NCBI GenBank assembly: GCA_025774845.1
Contig: JALGZP010000003.1
Coordinates: 552-64,551 of the forward strand
DNA from: a bacterium
GTDB taxonomy: Bacteria; Arandabacterota; Arandabacteria; Arandabacterales; Arandabacteraceae
Reading direction: 5' to 3'
DNA: 64,000 bases
The notes beneath the pieces are model-generated. The model did no database searches, was not told the DNA's origin, and saw only the letters and a list, made by a program, of their open reading frames with translations. Both the position numbers and the translations under genes were made by a program. Of the stretch, positions 34,642-44,552 are shown piece after piece. The number at the start of each line of letters is the position of its first letter. The first letter of the stretch is position 1.

Positions 34642-36732
34642 TCAGCCGGTGAGAGCGGGCGTACCGACATCAAGCCCGTATAGATCCCAGACAAGCCGGT
34701 TGAGTTCGTCTAACAGGGCTTTTTCGGGCACTGGCTGGGACTCGATCCGGCGTACTATCTCTATGATTTCAGCGGCCCTCGCCCGGTTCGCGCCGGCCGA
34801 CGGATCGGGAATAGGTAACTTCCTCAGGGCGTGAATTTTGACCTGTGGAAACACCCGTTGTTTCGCTTCAATGGACAGCGCCGAGTAGATCCAGTGTGCG
34901 GCATCGGAGTTGAGTACGGCCAGGACGTATTCAACCGAGAAGGGCTCTTCAACCCTGAGTGCCAGCACGCTGTTTCTGAAGTGACACCGGTGGATGTGAC
35001 GGGCCGCAATCGGCCTGTCGGCCGTCTGTCTCAGTATGATATCCGTATTCCTGTAAACTGCCTCGGCTGCAATCCTGAAGTACTCCCCTTCCCGGCACAT
35101 GTATGTCGGAGCGAGCCACCGGTCAGGTGTGTCGCAGCGAAAATGGTGAATCCGTCTCCCTTCAAGAACCGGGACAGTTTCCACACCCGGCTCCTTGAGA
35201 ATGATCCGCTTCGCAACGTTTCCGGTATGCACACCCGGATCGGAGAATGTCTCGAGGGTCGGGTGGCGTGTCTGAATTCGTTCACAGACCTTCTTTGATG
35301 CCGATGAATACCACTCGTCCTCGCCGCGCGGGCAGAATCGAATCCTGTTGCCCTTTTCATCTATTGCAAGAGCTGACCGTGCCGGCTCACACAGCCGTTT
35401 CGAAAAGAGGAAGGTCAAACTCGGAGTTATCACTCCTTCGAATATGTCCTCACCCCAGTACCGGACCCCGAGCAGTTCCCCGGACTCCAGCATTCGGGAC
35501 CGGAGCCGTCCATACCCGGGAAGATGCCCGACCTGACCGGGCACTATCATGGATATCAGTCCGCCCTCTCTTACGAGCTCGATCGATCTGGTCATGAAGC
35601 TCCCGTGAATGCTGGGCCACCGGCCCGGCTTGCCGGTGATTTCCTCGTGACCGGCCTCCCGGTTTCCACGCGCGCCGCCCGGTTTCTGTCTACCCGACAA
35701 TGAAACGTAAGGCGGGTTCCCGATCACAGCATCGAAGCCCGGACTGCCGCCGCAAAGGGCCGAGCCGGTTTCGTCTGAGCCAACCTCGGGAAACTCAGAA
35801 GTCCAGTTGAAGGACCCGGGAACACCCTTGCTCCCCTGCGCGAAGACCGTGCCATGAAGAGAATCCCCACACTTGAGGTGTGCCCCGAGAAGGGGCATGG
35901 GTCTTCCCGGAACCCACGCGAGGAGTTGCAGGGTGAGCTCTGCGATTTCCACGGCCGTCGAGTTGATGTCGACACCATAGACGCAACTCCCGGTGACCAG
36001 ATGTCTCCACACTGCCATCGCATCCTGATCACCGGTGTCCCCATCTACCTCCCGCGAGAGAGCATCACCATAGGCCCGGGCAAGGTACTCAATCGTTTCT
36101 ATAAGAAAGTGGCCTGAGCCCATCGCAGGGTCGAGTATTTTGAGCGTCAGAATCTCATCCGAGGATAACTGCTTCCCGGAACCAGGCTCCGCAGCTGATC
36201 TACACTCGCCGCCAACAAGCGGACCCAGGGTTGTATCGACGATGTATCTGACTATGTTCTCTGGAGTGTAATACGCTCCAGACCGTTTCCGTTTCGAGTC
36301 CCGGCGACGATGCCGCATCTTAAATTCGGTGACTGGTACAGAATTATCCGGGGAATACTCAAGCAACCTTTCGTATATGGCCCCGAACTCCCGGACATCA
36401 AGTTCTTCGTAATCGATCTGGTCCGACTTGCTCAGAATGTCGCCTGCACGAGCGAGGACGTCACCTGGAATCTCCAGTATGGAGAGCAACGGATGTGCGT
36501 CGGGATCGAACAGCCTGCTTCGGCCGCCGGGGCTGAACCCTGACATGTTCCGGGCTTCGGTATAGAAGCCAAGGAGCAGCCTGTAGACAACTGCGATCGA
36601 TTCGTTAAGAAGGTCTTCAGGGCTGATCGCGTGCGCATCGAGGATGCCGGGGCTGGACCGGATGGACCGGGCAAGTCCCTCCCCGATCGCTTCGACCGCG
36701 AGGACTGCGCTGTGTCTGAGATCGCCCGGCAT
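34642..36732 (-). CDS. Eco57I-family N6-adenine DNA methyltransferase with a TaqI-like C-terminal target-recognition domain; no nuclease domain seen
   Basis: 696 aa. Motif I ILDPAMGSGHFL, motif IV VIGNPPYV, upstream SGAYYTPENIVRYIV. C-terminal VLAVLNSDAAHWIY...KLPIP. The protein begins within the helical linker that normally follows an N-terminal nuclease domain in type IIG/PglX-like enzymes. Confidence 0.8.
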   Translation of the reverse strand: MPGDLRHSAVLAVEAIGEGLARSIRSSPGILDAHAISPEDLLNESIAVVYRLLLGFYTEARNMSGFSPGGRSRLFDPDAHPLLSILEIPGDVLARAGDILSKSDQIDYEELDVREFGAIYERLLEYSPDNSVPVTEFKMRHRRRDSKRKRSGAYYTPENIVRYIVDTTLGPLVGGECRSAAEPGSGKQLSSDEILTLKILDPAMGSGHFLIETIEYLARAYGDALSREVDGDTGDQDAMAVWRHLVTGSCVYGVDINSTAVEIAELTLQLLAWVPGRPMPLLGAHLKCGDSLHGTVFAQGSKGVPGSFNWTSEFPEVGSDETGSALCGGSPGFDAVIGNPPYVSLSGRQKPGGARGNREAGHEEITGKPGRWPSIHGSFMTRSIELVREGGLISMIVPGQVGHLPGYGRLRSRMLESGELLGVRYWGEDIFEGVITPSLTFLFSKRLCEPARSALAIDEKGNRIRFCPRGEDEWYSSASKKVCERIQTRHPTLETFSDPGVHTGNVAKRIILKEPGVETVPVLEGRRIHHFRCDTPDRWLAPTYMCREGEYFRIAAEAVYRNTDIILRQTADRPIAARHIHRCHFRNSVLALRVEEPFSVEYVLAVLNSDAAHWIYSALSIEAKQRVFPQVKIHALRKLPIPDPSAGANRARAAEIIEIVRRIESQPVPEKALLDELNRLVWDLYGLDVGTPALTG

Positions 36733-36802
36733 GATGCGTCGAATACCCTCCGTGGTTCACAGCCTACAGCTGCACCCACGTGTTTTTCAATGCTCGGGTT
36801 AT

Positions 36803-36872
36803 CGCTGGTGCGCCTTTCGGCCCGCCCTGCTCAGAAAAGGCATTCACTTGCGTCCCAAAAGGCGCACCAGCG
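36803..36872. repeat. 15-bp perfect inverted repeat in the divergent methyltransferase/addB intergenic region
   Basis: CGCTGGTGCGCCTTT (36803-36817) and its exact reverse complement AAAGGCGCACCAGCG (36858-36872), separated by 40 nt. Confidence 0.85.
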
Positions 36873-36942
36873 GAATTGCAAACGGTTCGCTTTATCGCTA
36901 TCATGGTATCTGCGCTCTGTGGTGCAGGAAAGGATACTTGTC

Positions 36943-39900
36943 GTGGGTAATGCTCAGACTGGAGTTCGCAAGCTCATAACGGGTGACTATCCTCACCTTC
37001 AGGATGTCTTCGTCAAGGAGGTTACCCGGCTTCGGGATAAAGATAAACTCAGCCCGCTCATTGTTCTTGTGTCCTCACGTCTTCTGGGTCTCCATCTCCG
37101 GCGTTTCCTAGCAGCCCGGGGCACAGCCCACATCAATCTTCGCTTCCTGAGACTGGAGGATCTGGCCGCGGAGGTTGCGGCCCCGGCTCTCGCCGCACAG
37201 GGCAGGGTGCAAGTCCCCTCATTCGCATCTGAGATGATAATAAGTACCGCCGCCAGGCAGCTCGCCTCCGATAATAGGAACTTCTACTTCCGCGGAATCG
37301 CCGACAGACCCGGATTTCACCAGGCCGCGCTCTCAACTGTAGAGGACCTCAAGAAGGCCTGTCTCTCACCCGGCGACCTCAAGGCCCGGATTCGCCTGCC
37401 CGCTGTCAAGAGCGGTATAAATGAGGCTAAGGTGGGGGATCTCCTCAAGTTGTGGAAGGCATATGAAGAGAGACTCGGTGACCTCGACTGGTTTGACGAA
37501 TGCGATCTGATGCAAGAGGCGGCCCGGCTGGTCCCCAAATCCGGGGTGATCGCAAAGGCCTCCGCGATAATCGTCTACGGTTTCTATGATTTCAACACTC
37601 TCCAGCAGCTGCTGCTTCAGTCATGTTTTGAATCCGTGGAAACCGTATGCTTTGTGCCGTACGAACCAAAGCCGGCATTCAAGTATGCGGAACCCGCGAT
37701 CTCCTGGCTAAGGTCGAATGCTTTCAAAGATGAGCCGGCTTCCGATGACGACTCCGGTCCGTACCGCGCAGCAGCCATCCAGCATCTCTGCGATCATCTT
37801 TTCAGCGGGGGGCAGTCGGCAGATAGTCCCGGGGATAGAATAACCATCATATCCGCCCCCGGGGAACTCCGCGAAGTGCGCGAGACCATACGCGATGTTG
37901 TGACAAGAGCCCGGCGGAATGGGATTCCTTTCCATGAAGTCGGTATCCTCTTGAGGAATTCCGAGCCGTATGCAGATATCTTCCGCGAGGCGTTCGATAG
38001 CCTGGGGTTTAAGCCCTACATGCCCGGGGGCACACCGGTATCGGCCACCCGCTCCGGCAGAAGTTTACTTCTCATGCTTGATATCCTCAGACACGATTTC
38101 GCAAGACGGACGGTGATGGAATTCATAACGTTTGCCAGGCTCCGCAATACAGACACCCCACACAGGAAGGAGACCCGATCGCCTGTTTCCCTGTGGGATA
38201 CTATCTCGATGGAAGCGGGGGTCGTAGGCGGGACGGATGAGTGGATGAGCCGCCTTAAGCATCACTGCAGCGATCTTGAGCGGGAGCGAGAGGGGCTGGA
38301 GCCGTCCAGGAGACGGCCTTCGCGTGAGAAGATCGAGGCGGCGAAATCATTCTGTGAGTTTATCGAGAATGTGGTTACCCTCCTTACCGCAGTTCGCGAC
38401 GGACGCACCTGGACCGAGAAGACCGCCGGGCTGATCGATGCCCTCTCAAACATCGTCGAAGATGACGAAAACACCGGCTACATAAAGTCCGCGCTCGAGC
38501 AACTTCGGGACCTTGATGAGCTCGGATCTCACCCATCCGAAGAGGAGTTCTGCGGCTTCGCTGAGGAGGCAATGGCCGCATCCACAGGACCGGCCGGCAA
38601 GTTTCAGAGGAACGGTCCCGCGGTCCTTAACCTGATGGCAGCCCGCGGGATCCCCTTCAAAATAGTAGTCATACCCGGGATGGTGGAGAAGTCGTTTCCT
38701 CCCGTGGTACGCCAGGACGCCATCCTGCTTGATGACGAACGCGCGGCCCTGAACCAGGCCATGACAAAAACCGACTCCGGCCCACTCCGGCTCAAGGCCC
38801 GCGAACGGCTCGATGAAGAGCGATTGCTATTTCGCCTCGCGGTCGGCGCCACCTGTGAGAATCTTCTCATAACCTATCCGCGGATCGAGATTGCCACTGC
38901 GCGCGAGCGGCTGCCGTCATCGCTCCTCCTCGCAGCGATCAAAGCGCTTTCGGGAAGACAGGTTGATTTCGAGGCGGTGGAGCGCTTCGGGGGATTCAAA
39001 CGGATCGCGCTGGCACAGCTCGCAACCGGCGAACCCGGGCAGGCGCTTGACCGGCTCGAGTACGATCTTGCGTATGCTCTGCAGGAGATCGCGGACCGGA
39101 AGCCGTGTCATCTGCTCTTACTCCGGGAGACCTGCAGCCCATTCAACCTGGCCCTCAAACTCGAGGCAGAGCGGTGGGGCAGAAAGGTCTTTACCCGCTA
39201 TGACGGTGTTCTGACCACCCCCGAATCGAAAACCGGGCCTCCGGGTATTCACTCAATTGAAAGCGGGACGGTCTCCCCGACGAGGCTTGAAACCTATGCT
39301 ACTTGTCCGTACCGCTACCTTCTTGACAATGTGATGCGGATAGAACCTCTCGTAGAGCCCGAGTACACCGAGGAGATCAGTCCGCTCGACAGGGGTAAGC
39401 TCATACACAAGATCCTGTGGGAATTCCTCATGCAACTCAAGAAGGAACGTGGTTTCCCGGTCAGGATGCAACCCGGGGACGGGGGTCTGCTTAAGAAAAT
39501 AGCCACCCGCCGGTTCGTGGAGTTCGAGCAGCGTGGAAACACGGGCTATCCCGCGATGTGGGCTCTCGAAAAGGAGGCGATCCTCGAGGACCTGGACCGG
39601 TTCATCGAAGATCAAATCTCTGAGACCGACTTCCTCCCGGCCTACTTCGAGGTGCGTTACGGTATGAAGCCTTATGACACCGATGAGAGTGAGATATCCA
39701 CCGAGACCCCTGTGCCTCTCCGTGTGGGAAATCGGGAACTCTCAATCAGGGGCAAGATCGACCGGATCGACATCGCCCCCGATGAAAAACACGGGCGTGT
39801 GATCGACTATAAGTCGGGTAAAGCATACGGCCGGCCAAACGATCTCGGCGGTGGCGCCAACCTCCAGCTTCCGCTCTACATGATCGCAGCTGAATGGATC

Positions 39901-40209
39901 CTTAAAGACCTTCACGAGGGCGTACGGATGGAAGAATCCGAATACTACCACGTCAGGGAGAACAAGAAGCGCCATATCGGATTCGACCGCCAGACACTCG
40001 AGTCGAAGACAAAGGACCTCGCAACTATCCTGGATACCATAGTTGATTCGATCGACTCCGGACTCTTCTTTGCGTGCCCCGGCAACTACTGTCGCTCCTG
40101 TGACTTCCTGTTCATTTGCGGCGCATACCGGCACACGCTGTTTGATATGAAGTCCGAGGATCCGGCGGTCAGGGATTTCATGAAGATGAAAGAGGTTGAG
40201 GGTGGATAG
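36943..40209 (+). CDS. addB: AddB-type helicase-nuclease subunit (PD-(D/E)XK nuclease with an Fe-S cluster, no Walker A)
   Basis: C-terminal nuclease domain with the AddB-style Cys set (YATCPYRYLL ... CPGNYCRSCDFLFIC) and IDRIDI...VIDYKSGK. Translationally coupled to addA through a 14-nt overlap. I prefer GTG 36943 preceded by AGGAAAGGA. The track ORF start at 36631 would overlap the divergent methyltransferase. Confidence 0.8.
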   Translation: MGNAQTGVRKLITGDYPHLQDVFVKEVTRLRDKDKLSPLIVLVSSRLLGLHLRRFLAARGTAHINLRFLRLEDLAAEVAAPALAAQGRVQVPSFASEMIISTAARQLASDNRNFYFRGIADRPGFHQAALSTVEDLKKACLSPGDLKARIRLPAVKSGINEAKVGDLLKLWKAYEERLGDLDWFDECDLMQEAARLVPKSGVIAKASAIIVYGFYDFNTLQQLLLQSCFESVETVCFVPYEPKPAFKYAEPAISWLRSNAFKDEPASDDDSGPYRAAAIQHLCDHLFSGGQSADSPGDRITIISAPGELREVRETIRDVVTRARRNGIPFHEVGILLRNSEPYADIFREAFDSLGFKPYMPGGTPVSATRSGRSLLLMLDILRHDFARRTVMEFITFARLRNTDTPHRKETRSPVSLWDTISMEAGVVGGTDEWMSRLKHHCSDLEREREGLEPSRRRPSREKIEAAKSFCEFIENVVTLLTAVRDGRTWTEKTAGLIDALSNIVEDDENTGYIKSALEQLRDLDELGSHPSEEEFCGFAEEAMAASTGPAGKFQRNGPAVLNLMAARGIPFKIVVIPGMVEKSFPPVVRQDAILLDDERAALNQAMTKTDSGPLRLKARERLDEERLLFRLAVGATCENLLITYPRIEIATARERLPSSLLLAAIKALSGRQVDFEAVERFGGFKRIALAQLATGEPGQALDRLEYDLAYALQEIADRKPCHLLLLRETCSPFNLALKLEAERWGRKVFTRYDGVLTTPESKTGPPGIHSIESGTVSPTRLETYATCPYRYLLDNVMRIEPLVEPEYTEEISPLDRGKLIHKILWEFLMQLKKERGFPVRMQPGDGGLLKKIATRRFVEFEQRGNTGYPAMWALEKEAILEDLDRFIEDQISETDFLPAYFEVRYGMKPYDTDESEISTETPVPLRVGNRELSIRGKIDRIDIAPDEKHGRVIDYKSGKAYGRPNDLGGGANLQLPLYMIAAEWILKDLHEGVRMEESEYYHVRENKKRHIGFDRQTLESKTKDLATILDTIVDSIDSGLFFACPGNYCRSCDFLFICGAYRHTLFDMKSEDPAVRDFMKMKEVEGG

Positions 40210-43200
40210 GCCGAAACTCATCGACAGCCGTGACAGAGAACTGGCGGCGACGGATCTATCCAGGAACTACATCGTAGAGGCCGCGGCGGGGACAGGCAAG
40301 ACCACAACGCTTGTCACCCGGATTCTCAATCTTATAGCCGAGAACCGTGTCGCCCCCGATGACATTGTGGCCATCACCTTCACCGAACGGGCTGCTGCCG
40401 AACTCAAGGCCAAACTGAGAGAACGTCTTGCAGGTGAGCTCTCGGGAGGGCCCGTTGACTGTGCGGGGCACCTGGAGGAAGCGCTCCGTGGACTTGAGCG
40501 AATGCAGGTTACCACGATCCACTCCTTCTGTACCGCGCTGCTTAAGGAACGGCCTGTCGAGGCCGGTGTTGATCCCAACTTTCAGGTGGCGGATGAAATC
40601 GAATCCTCGCTCATTGCCGAGGAGGTCTGGCAGGAATGGCTTGCGAGGCACATGGATGGCGACGATCCCGATCTCAGACGTGCCCTGCTTCTCGGTATGA
40701 CGCTCGAACACATGCGCGGTCTGGCCCAGGCCATGCGCGGCAATCGTGATGTGCTCAATCTGTTGCCGCAGCCAGCCGACATTGGTTCTGCGGCCGAGGA
40801 TTTCGTGGGTGCCTTTGCCAAGACCGTGGACGACCTCAGGGTGGTGGTCGACGAGCACTGCACCTCTGCCGACGACAAAGCCGCCCTCCATATCAAGGAA
40901 CTCCACGAATGTGCGGGCGAGCTCGCAAGTATAAAGGACCCCGAACGGCTTGAGATCTTCATCTATACGCAGATCAGCTTCCGTTCGACCGGGCGCCTTG
41001 GTAATAAGGGTAACTGGTCCCCGGCGGAATCGCTTGGAGGTGTCCGCGAGAAGCTCCGGCAGACCGGTGAAGACCACTCCAACCTGGCTCGTAGAATCGG
41101 ACACAACGTGATCGCCGCGCTTATGAATAAACTGCTCGACCACATTGCCGAGTACGAACGGGCAAAGACCGGCGCCGGAGTTCTTGATTTCCACGATCTC
41201 TTGATACTCTCCTGTGCTCTCCTCAAGAATCACACCCATGTCCGCGACTACTTCCGCCGGCGTTACAAGTACCTGCTGATAGATGAGTTTCAGGACACCG
41301 ACCCGCTTCAGGCGGAGATCATCTTCTTCCTTTCAGAAAAACAGGCGGGGAGTGCCAAAACCTGGGAAGACGCCGTCCCCGAACCCGGCAGGGTCTTTCT
41401 GGTAGGTGATCCCAAACAGAGTGTATACCGTTTCCGAAGAGCCGATATCGAGATGTACGCATCGGCAAAGGATAAACTCGGAAAAGGCGCACTCTTAAGC
41501 ATCCACCAGAATTTCCGTTGCGCCCCGTCCATTGTGACCGTCGTGAATTCCATCTTCTCAGACCTGATCCGCCCGCCCGAGGACGGTTCATATCAACCCG
41601 ACTACGTTCCTCTCCACTTCGGCAGAGACAAGAAAACCTTGCCGCCCGAACACGGTATGGTGCTCGTCTACCCGCCCGAGAGTGTGAAGGATTCGATGTC
41701 GAAAGCCGACGAGCGACGGACCTATGAGTCTCGCTGTATAGCTGCGCTCATAAAGAAGATAGTTGCGACGGGGGCATGGTCTGTCTGGGACGCACAGGAA
41801 GAACGTCTCCGGCCCGTGATGCTTAAGGATATAGCCATACTGATGCGCGCACAGACGGGACTCGACACGCTGGAGGATGCCTTGAGGCTCCACGAGGTCG
41901 ACTACCGGGTGATCGGCGGCAAGCACTTCTACATGCGCCAGGAGGTAGAGCAATTGCTTGCAGTGTTGCGCGCGATCGAAAACCCCTATGACACGATCGC
42001 ACTCATAGCCGCGTTGCGGTCGCCGTTCTTTGGGCTCTCCGATGATGAGATCTTCAGGCATCATGTGAGCGCGGGAGGTCTTAATTACCTCTACTCCGCC
42101 GGCGACTCCAAACCGGTCGAGCAGGCCTTCAGCTTTCTGACATCCCTGCATGAGATCCGAAACGATGTCAGTGTCGAAGCACTCCTGCACAGACTCTATT
42201 GCCTCACCGATGCGCCGGTCACATACCTGCTTAAACCCAACGGCGAGCAACGTGTTGCGAACCTGCTCAAACTTGCAGACATGGCGCGCGCACTCTACGA
42301 GCGGGGTGTCTACACGCTCCGCGGCTTTGTGAGCTGGCTATCCCAGCGTGAGGAAGAACAAGCCGAGGAATCCGAAGCCGTGACCGTCGAGGCCGGGGAT
42401 GACTTCGTGCGCCTGCTCACTGTGCACAAGGCCAAAGGACTGGAGTTCCCCGTGGTCATTCTCATGGATCTTGCGAAGATGCCGTTTTCCCGGGCCGAAC
42501 GCTTCATCCTCGACCGGGCGGACCGGCAGATCGGGGTGCTGGCCGGTGGCAAATCGGGCGGCGTGAGAACACAGAACTATGAGACCCTGGCTGACTTCGA
42601 AGACAAACGATCCCGGGCTGAGGAGCAGCGTCTGCTCTATGTCGCCATGACCCGGGCGCGCGACTTCCTGGTGATACCCGCCTACTGGATGTCAGACAGA
42701 GAAACCACCAAAGATGGAAAACCAAGACCGGAATCGCTCTTAGGCTATATTGCCGATAAGTTGCCGGGTGCCGAGACTGCCACGGGGAGCGGCTGCCCGG
42801 AAGGGATGATGGTTCACGATGTCACCGACCTGGACCTTGACCCGGCGGCGCCTCCTCCATTTCGTCTCAAGGTGGGCCACCCCCGTGCCGGAGGCGTGAA
42901 GACGGCATCAAAGCAACTGGCCGGCTGGCAGGAATCACGGGACGCACTTGCCGCATCCTTCAAACGCGGCCGGGCGCTCGTCACCGCAACCGAAAGTGTG
43001 CACCTCGACGACAAAGCTGAGCCGGGTGAGGGAATAGTATTCGGGAACCTTGTCCACAGACTGCTCGAGGTGATCGACTGGGAGCGGCCGGAAGGTCTCG
43101 AAAGCATTGCCGATACGGAGGGGCGCGCCCTGGGTGCCCCACCGCGCATGATCACAAGAGCCGCAAAGATGGTGAAGAAGACGCTGGCATCGGATCTCAT

Positions 43201-43534
43201 CGGCCGGATCCTGCGGTCGGACCGGTACTTCAAGGAAGTCCCGTTTGCGTTCGGTGCTGACGGCACCATCATAGAGGGTAAGATGGATGTTGTTTTTGTG
43301 GAGGGAGACCACACCACCGTTGTTGACTTTAAGACCGACAAAGTCTCCCGTTCCGACCTCAAGCACAAGGTCGAAATGTACAGGCCCCAGGCCGATACCT
43401 ACGCCCGTGCCATCCGGTCTATCTTCTCGAGGCCTCCCCGGGAGGTCATTCTCTATTTCCTCCACCTCATGGAACCCGTGGTCGTCTCCGGATTGAGCAG
43501 CCGCGGTCATGCCGAAAGGCAGATGGACGGTTGA
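40196..43534 (+). CDS. addA: AddA-type UvrD/Rep-family helicase with a C-terminal PD-(D/E)XK nuclease
   Basis: 1112 aa. Walker A AAAGTGKTT, motif II LLIDEFQDTD, VGDPKQSVYRFRRAD, TVHKAKGLEFPVV, LLYVAMTRAR. C-terminal nuclease GKMDVVFVEGDHTTVVDFKTDK. Confidence 0.9.
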   Translation: MRVDRPKLIDSRDRELAATDLSRNYIVEAAAGTGKTTTLVTRILNLIAENRVAPDDIVAITFTERAAAELKAKLRERLAGELSGGPVDCAGHLEEALRGLERMQVTTIHSFCTALLKERPVEAGVDPNFQVADEIESSLIAEEVWQEWLARHMDGDDPDLRRALLLGMTLEHMRGLAQAMRGNRDVLNLLPQPADIGSAAEDFVGAFAKTVDDLRVVVDEHCTSADDKAALHIKELHECAGELASIKDPERLEIFIYTQISFRSTGRLGNKGNWSPAESLGGVREKLRQTGEDHSNLARRIGHNVIAALMNKLLDHIAEYERAKTGAGVLDFHDLLILSCALLKNHTHVRDYFRRRYKYLLIDEFQDTDPLQAEIIFFLSEKQAGSAKTWEDAVPEPGRVFLVGDPKQSVYRFRRADIEMYASAKDKLGKGALLSIHQNFRCAPSIVTVVNSIFSDLIRPPEDGSYQPDYVPLHFGRDKKTLPPEHGMVLVYPPESVKDSMSKADERRTYESRCIAALIKKIVATGAWSVWDAQEERLRPVMLKDIAILMRAQTGLDTLEDALRLHEVDYRVIGGKHFYMRQEVEQLLAVLRAIENPYDTIALIAALRSPFFGLSDDEIFRHHVSAGGLNYLYSAGDSKPVEQAFSFLTSLHEIRNDVSVEALLHRLYCLTDAPVTYLLKPNGEQRVANLLKLADMARALYERGVYTLRGFVSWLSQREEEQAEESEAVTVEAGDDFVRLLTVHKAKGLEFPVVILMDLAKMPFSRAERFILDRADRQIGVLAGGKSGGVRTQNYETLADFEDKRSRAEEQRLLYVAMTRARDFLVIPAYWMSDRETTKDGKPRPESLLGYIADKLPGAETATGSGCPEGMMVHDVTDLDLDPAAPPPFRLKVGHPRAGGVKTASKQLAGWQESRDALAASFKRGRALVTATESVHLDDKAEPGEGIVFGNLVHRLLEVIDWERPEGLESIADTEGRALGAPPRMITRAAKMVKKTLASDLIGRILRSDRYFKEVPFAFGADGTIIEGKMDVVFVEGDHTTVVDFKTDKVSRSDLKHKVEMYRPQADTYARAIRSIFSRPPREVILYFLHLMEPVVVSGLSSRGHAERQMDG

Positions 43535-43565
43535 CAACGACCGTCAGGGACTCAACAATAGCACC

Positions 43566-44528
43566 ATGAATCGATCGAAAATCCTCAAAGCATTGAGATT
43601 CCTGATAAGCGCCGGGCTGATCGTCTATCTGGTAGCCACTCTCGACCTGAATCAGATTCTAACCCATCTCCGGGGTATTGCTCCTCTTCCACTGGTCTCT
43701 GCATCCGTAATGATGTTCGGCATGATTCTTACTAACTCACTCAGGTGGAAGCTGATTCTCAGGGCTAGAGGGATAGAACTGTCCCTTGCGACATCACTTT
43801 ACTATTTGCTGATGAGCGTTTTCTTCAGCTCTTTCCTGCCGACAAGTATCGGTGGTGATGTGGCTCGAGTGGCTGCGGTCGCAAAGAATACAGGCAGATC
43901 TGCCGAAGCATTTGCATCCGTGATAGTGGACCGGCTCCTCGGCTTCATCGTGCTGCTGCCAATCGGACTGCTCTCCGTACCTTTTGTCGCACGCCAGCTG
44001 ACAGAGTGGAGACTGATCCTCACGGTCGGTATTGTGACACTGGTTGTGTTTATTGGTGCATACTTGCTGCTGCTCAGACCGGTAGTCCGGCAAGTTGCGA
44101 GGCTGTTGGATCCGTTCCTGGGTCTGCTGGCAAGGTTCAGGGCGCGGGAAAGACTCGAGAAAGCCTACGAGGCCATTGTGAGCTACAGGGATTGCAGGGG
44201 GGTGCTGTACACGGGGGTGACTCTGTCTGTTATCTCCAAGTTCTTCTGGATTGGCGGGTGCTACCTCGTAGCCAGAGCATTCTCCATGGATCTTCACATA
44301 GCTGCGCTCTTGCTTGTAGTACCGGTAGTGGAGTTGCTGAGGATGATACCCATCTCGATCAGCGGCATAGGGGTCAGAGAAGCTGCGTTCGTGGTTATGC
44401 TGCGCCAGTTCGGAGTCGAGGATAGCATGGGGTTCGCTTTCTCGGTTGTGGTATACGCACTCTTTTTCGGATTCGCCATGCTTGGTGGGTTGCTTTACGG
44501 GACACGCCAGTTCACAGCAAGGACCTGA
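43566..44528 (+). CDS. Flippase-like membrane protein (LPG-synthase TM / UPF0104-like)
   Basis: I prefer the start MNRSKILKALRFLISAGLIVYLV at 43566. About 8 TMs, with the motif SFLPTSIGGDVARV typical of this family. Confidence 0.7.
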   Translation: MNRSKILKALRFLISAGLIVYLVATLDLNQILTHLRGIAPLPLVSASVMMFGMILTNSLRWKLILRARGIELSLATSLYYLLMSVFFSSFLPTSIGGDVARVAAVAKNTGRSAEAFASVIVDRLLGFIVLLPIGLLSVPFVARQLTEWRLILTVGIVTLVVFIGAYLLLLRPVVRQVARLLDPFLGLLARFRARERLEKAYEAIVSYRDCRGVLYTGVTLSVISKFFWIGGCYLVARAFSMDLHIAALLLVVPVVELLRMIPISISGIGVREAAFVVMLRQFGVEDSMGFAFSVVVYALFFGFAMLGGLLYGTRQFTART

Positions 44529-44552
44529 GCCGGGCTTACAGGTGGCATATCC

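Noticed and set aside
36631-36942. 5' extension of the addB ORF as drawn in the track (start at 36631)
   Set aside because: It would overlap the divergent methyltransferase coding region by about 100 nt, and its translation is Arg/Ser/Pro-rich junk. GTG 36943 with an upstream AGGAAAGGA is a better start.
40256-41239. 327-aa minus-strand ORF, plus similar ORFs at 41588..42250, 42814..43368 and 42935..43537
   Set aside because: All are antisense or off-frame within addA, whose plus-strand frame has a complete UvrD-helicase motif set.
36943-43534. Helicase-nuclease pair plus adjacent methyltransferase as a novel phage-defence system
   Set aside because: The sizes, the motif content (AddB Fe-S cysteine set, AddA UvrD motifs plus C-terminal nuclease) and the translational coupling all fit housekeeping AddAB recombination enzymes. 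No other defence-island hallmarks are present.
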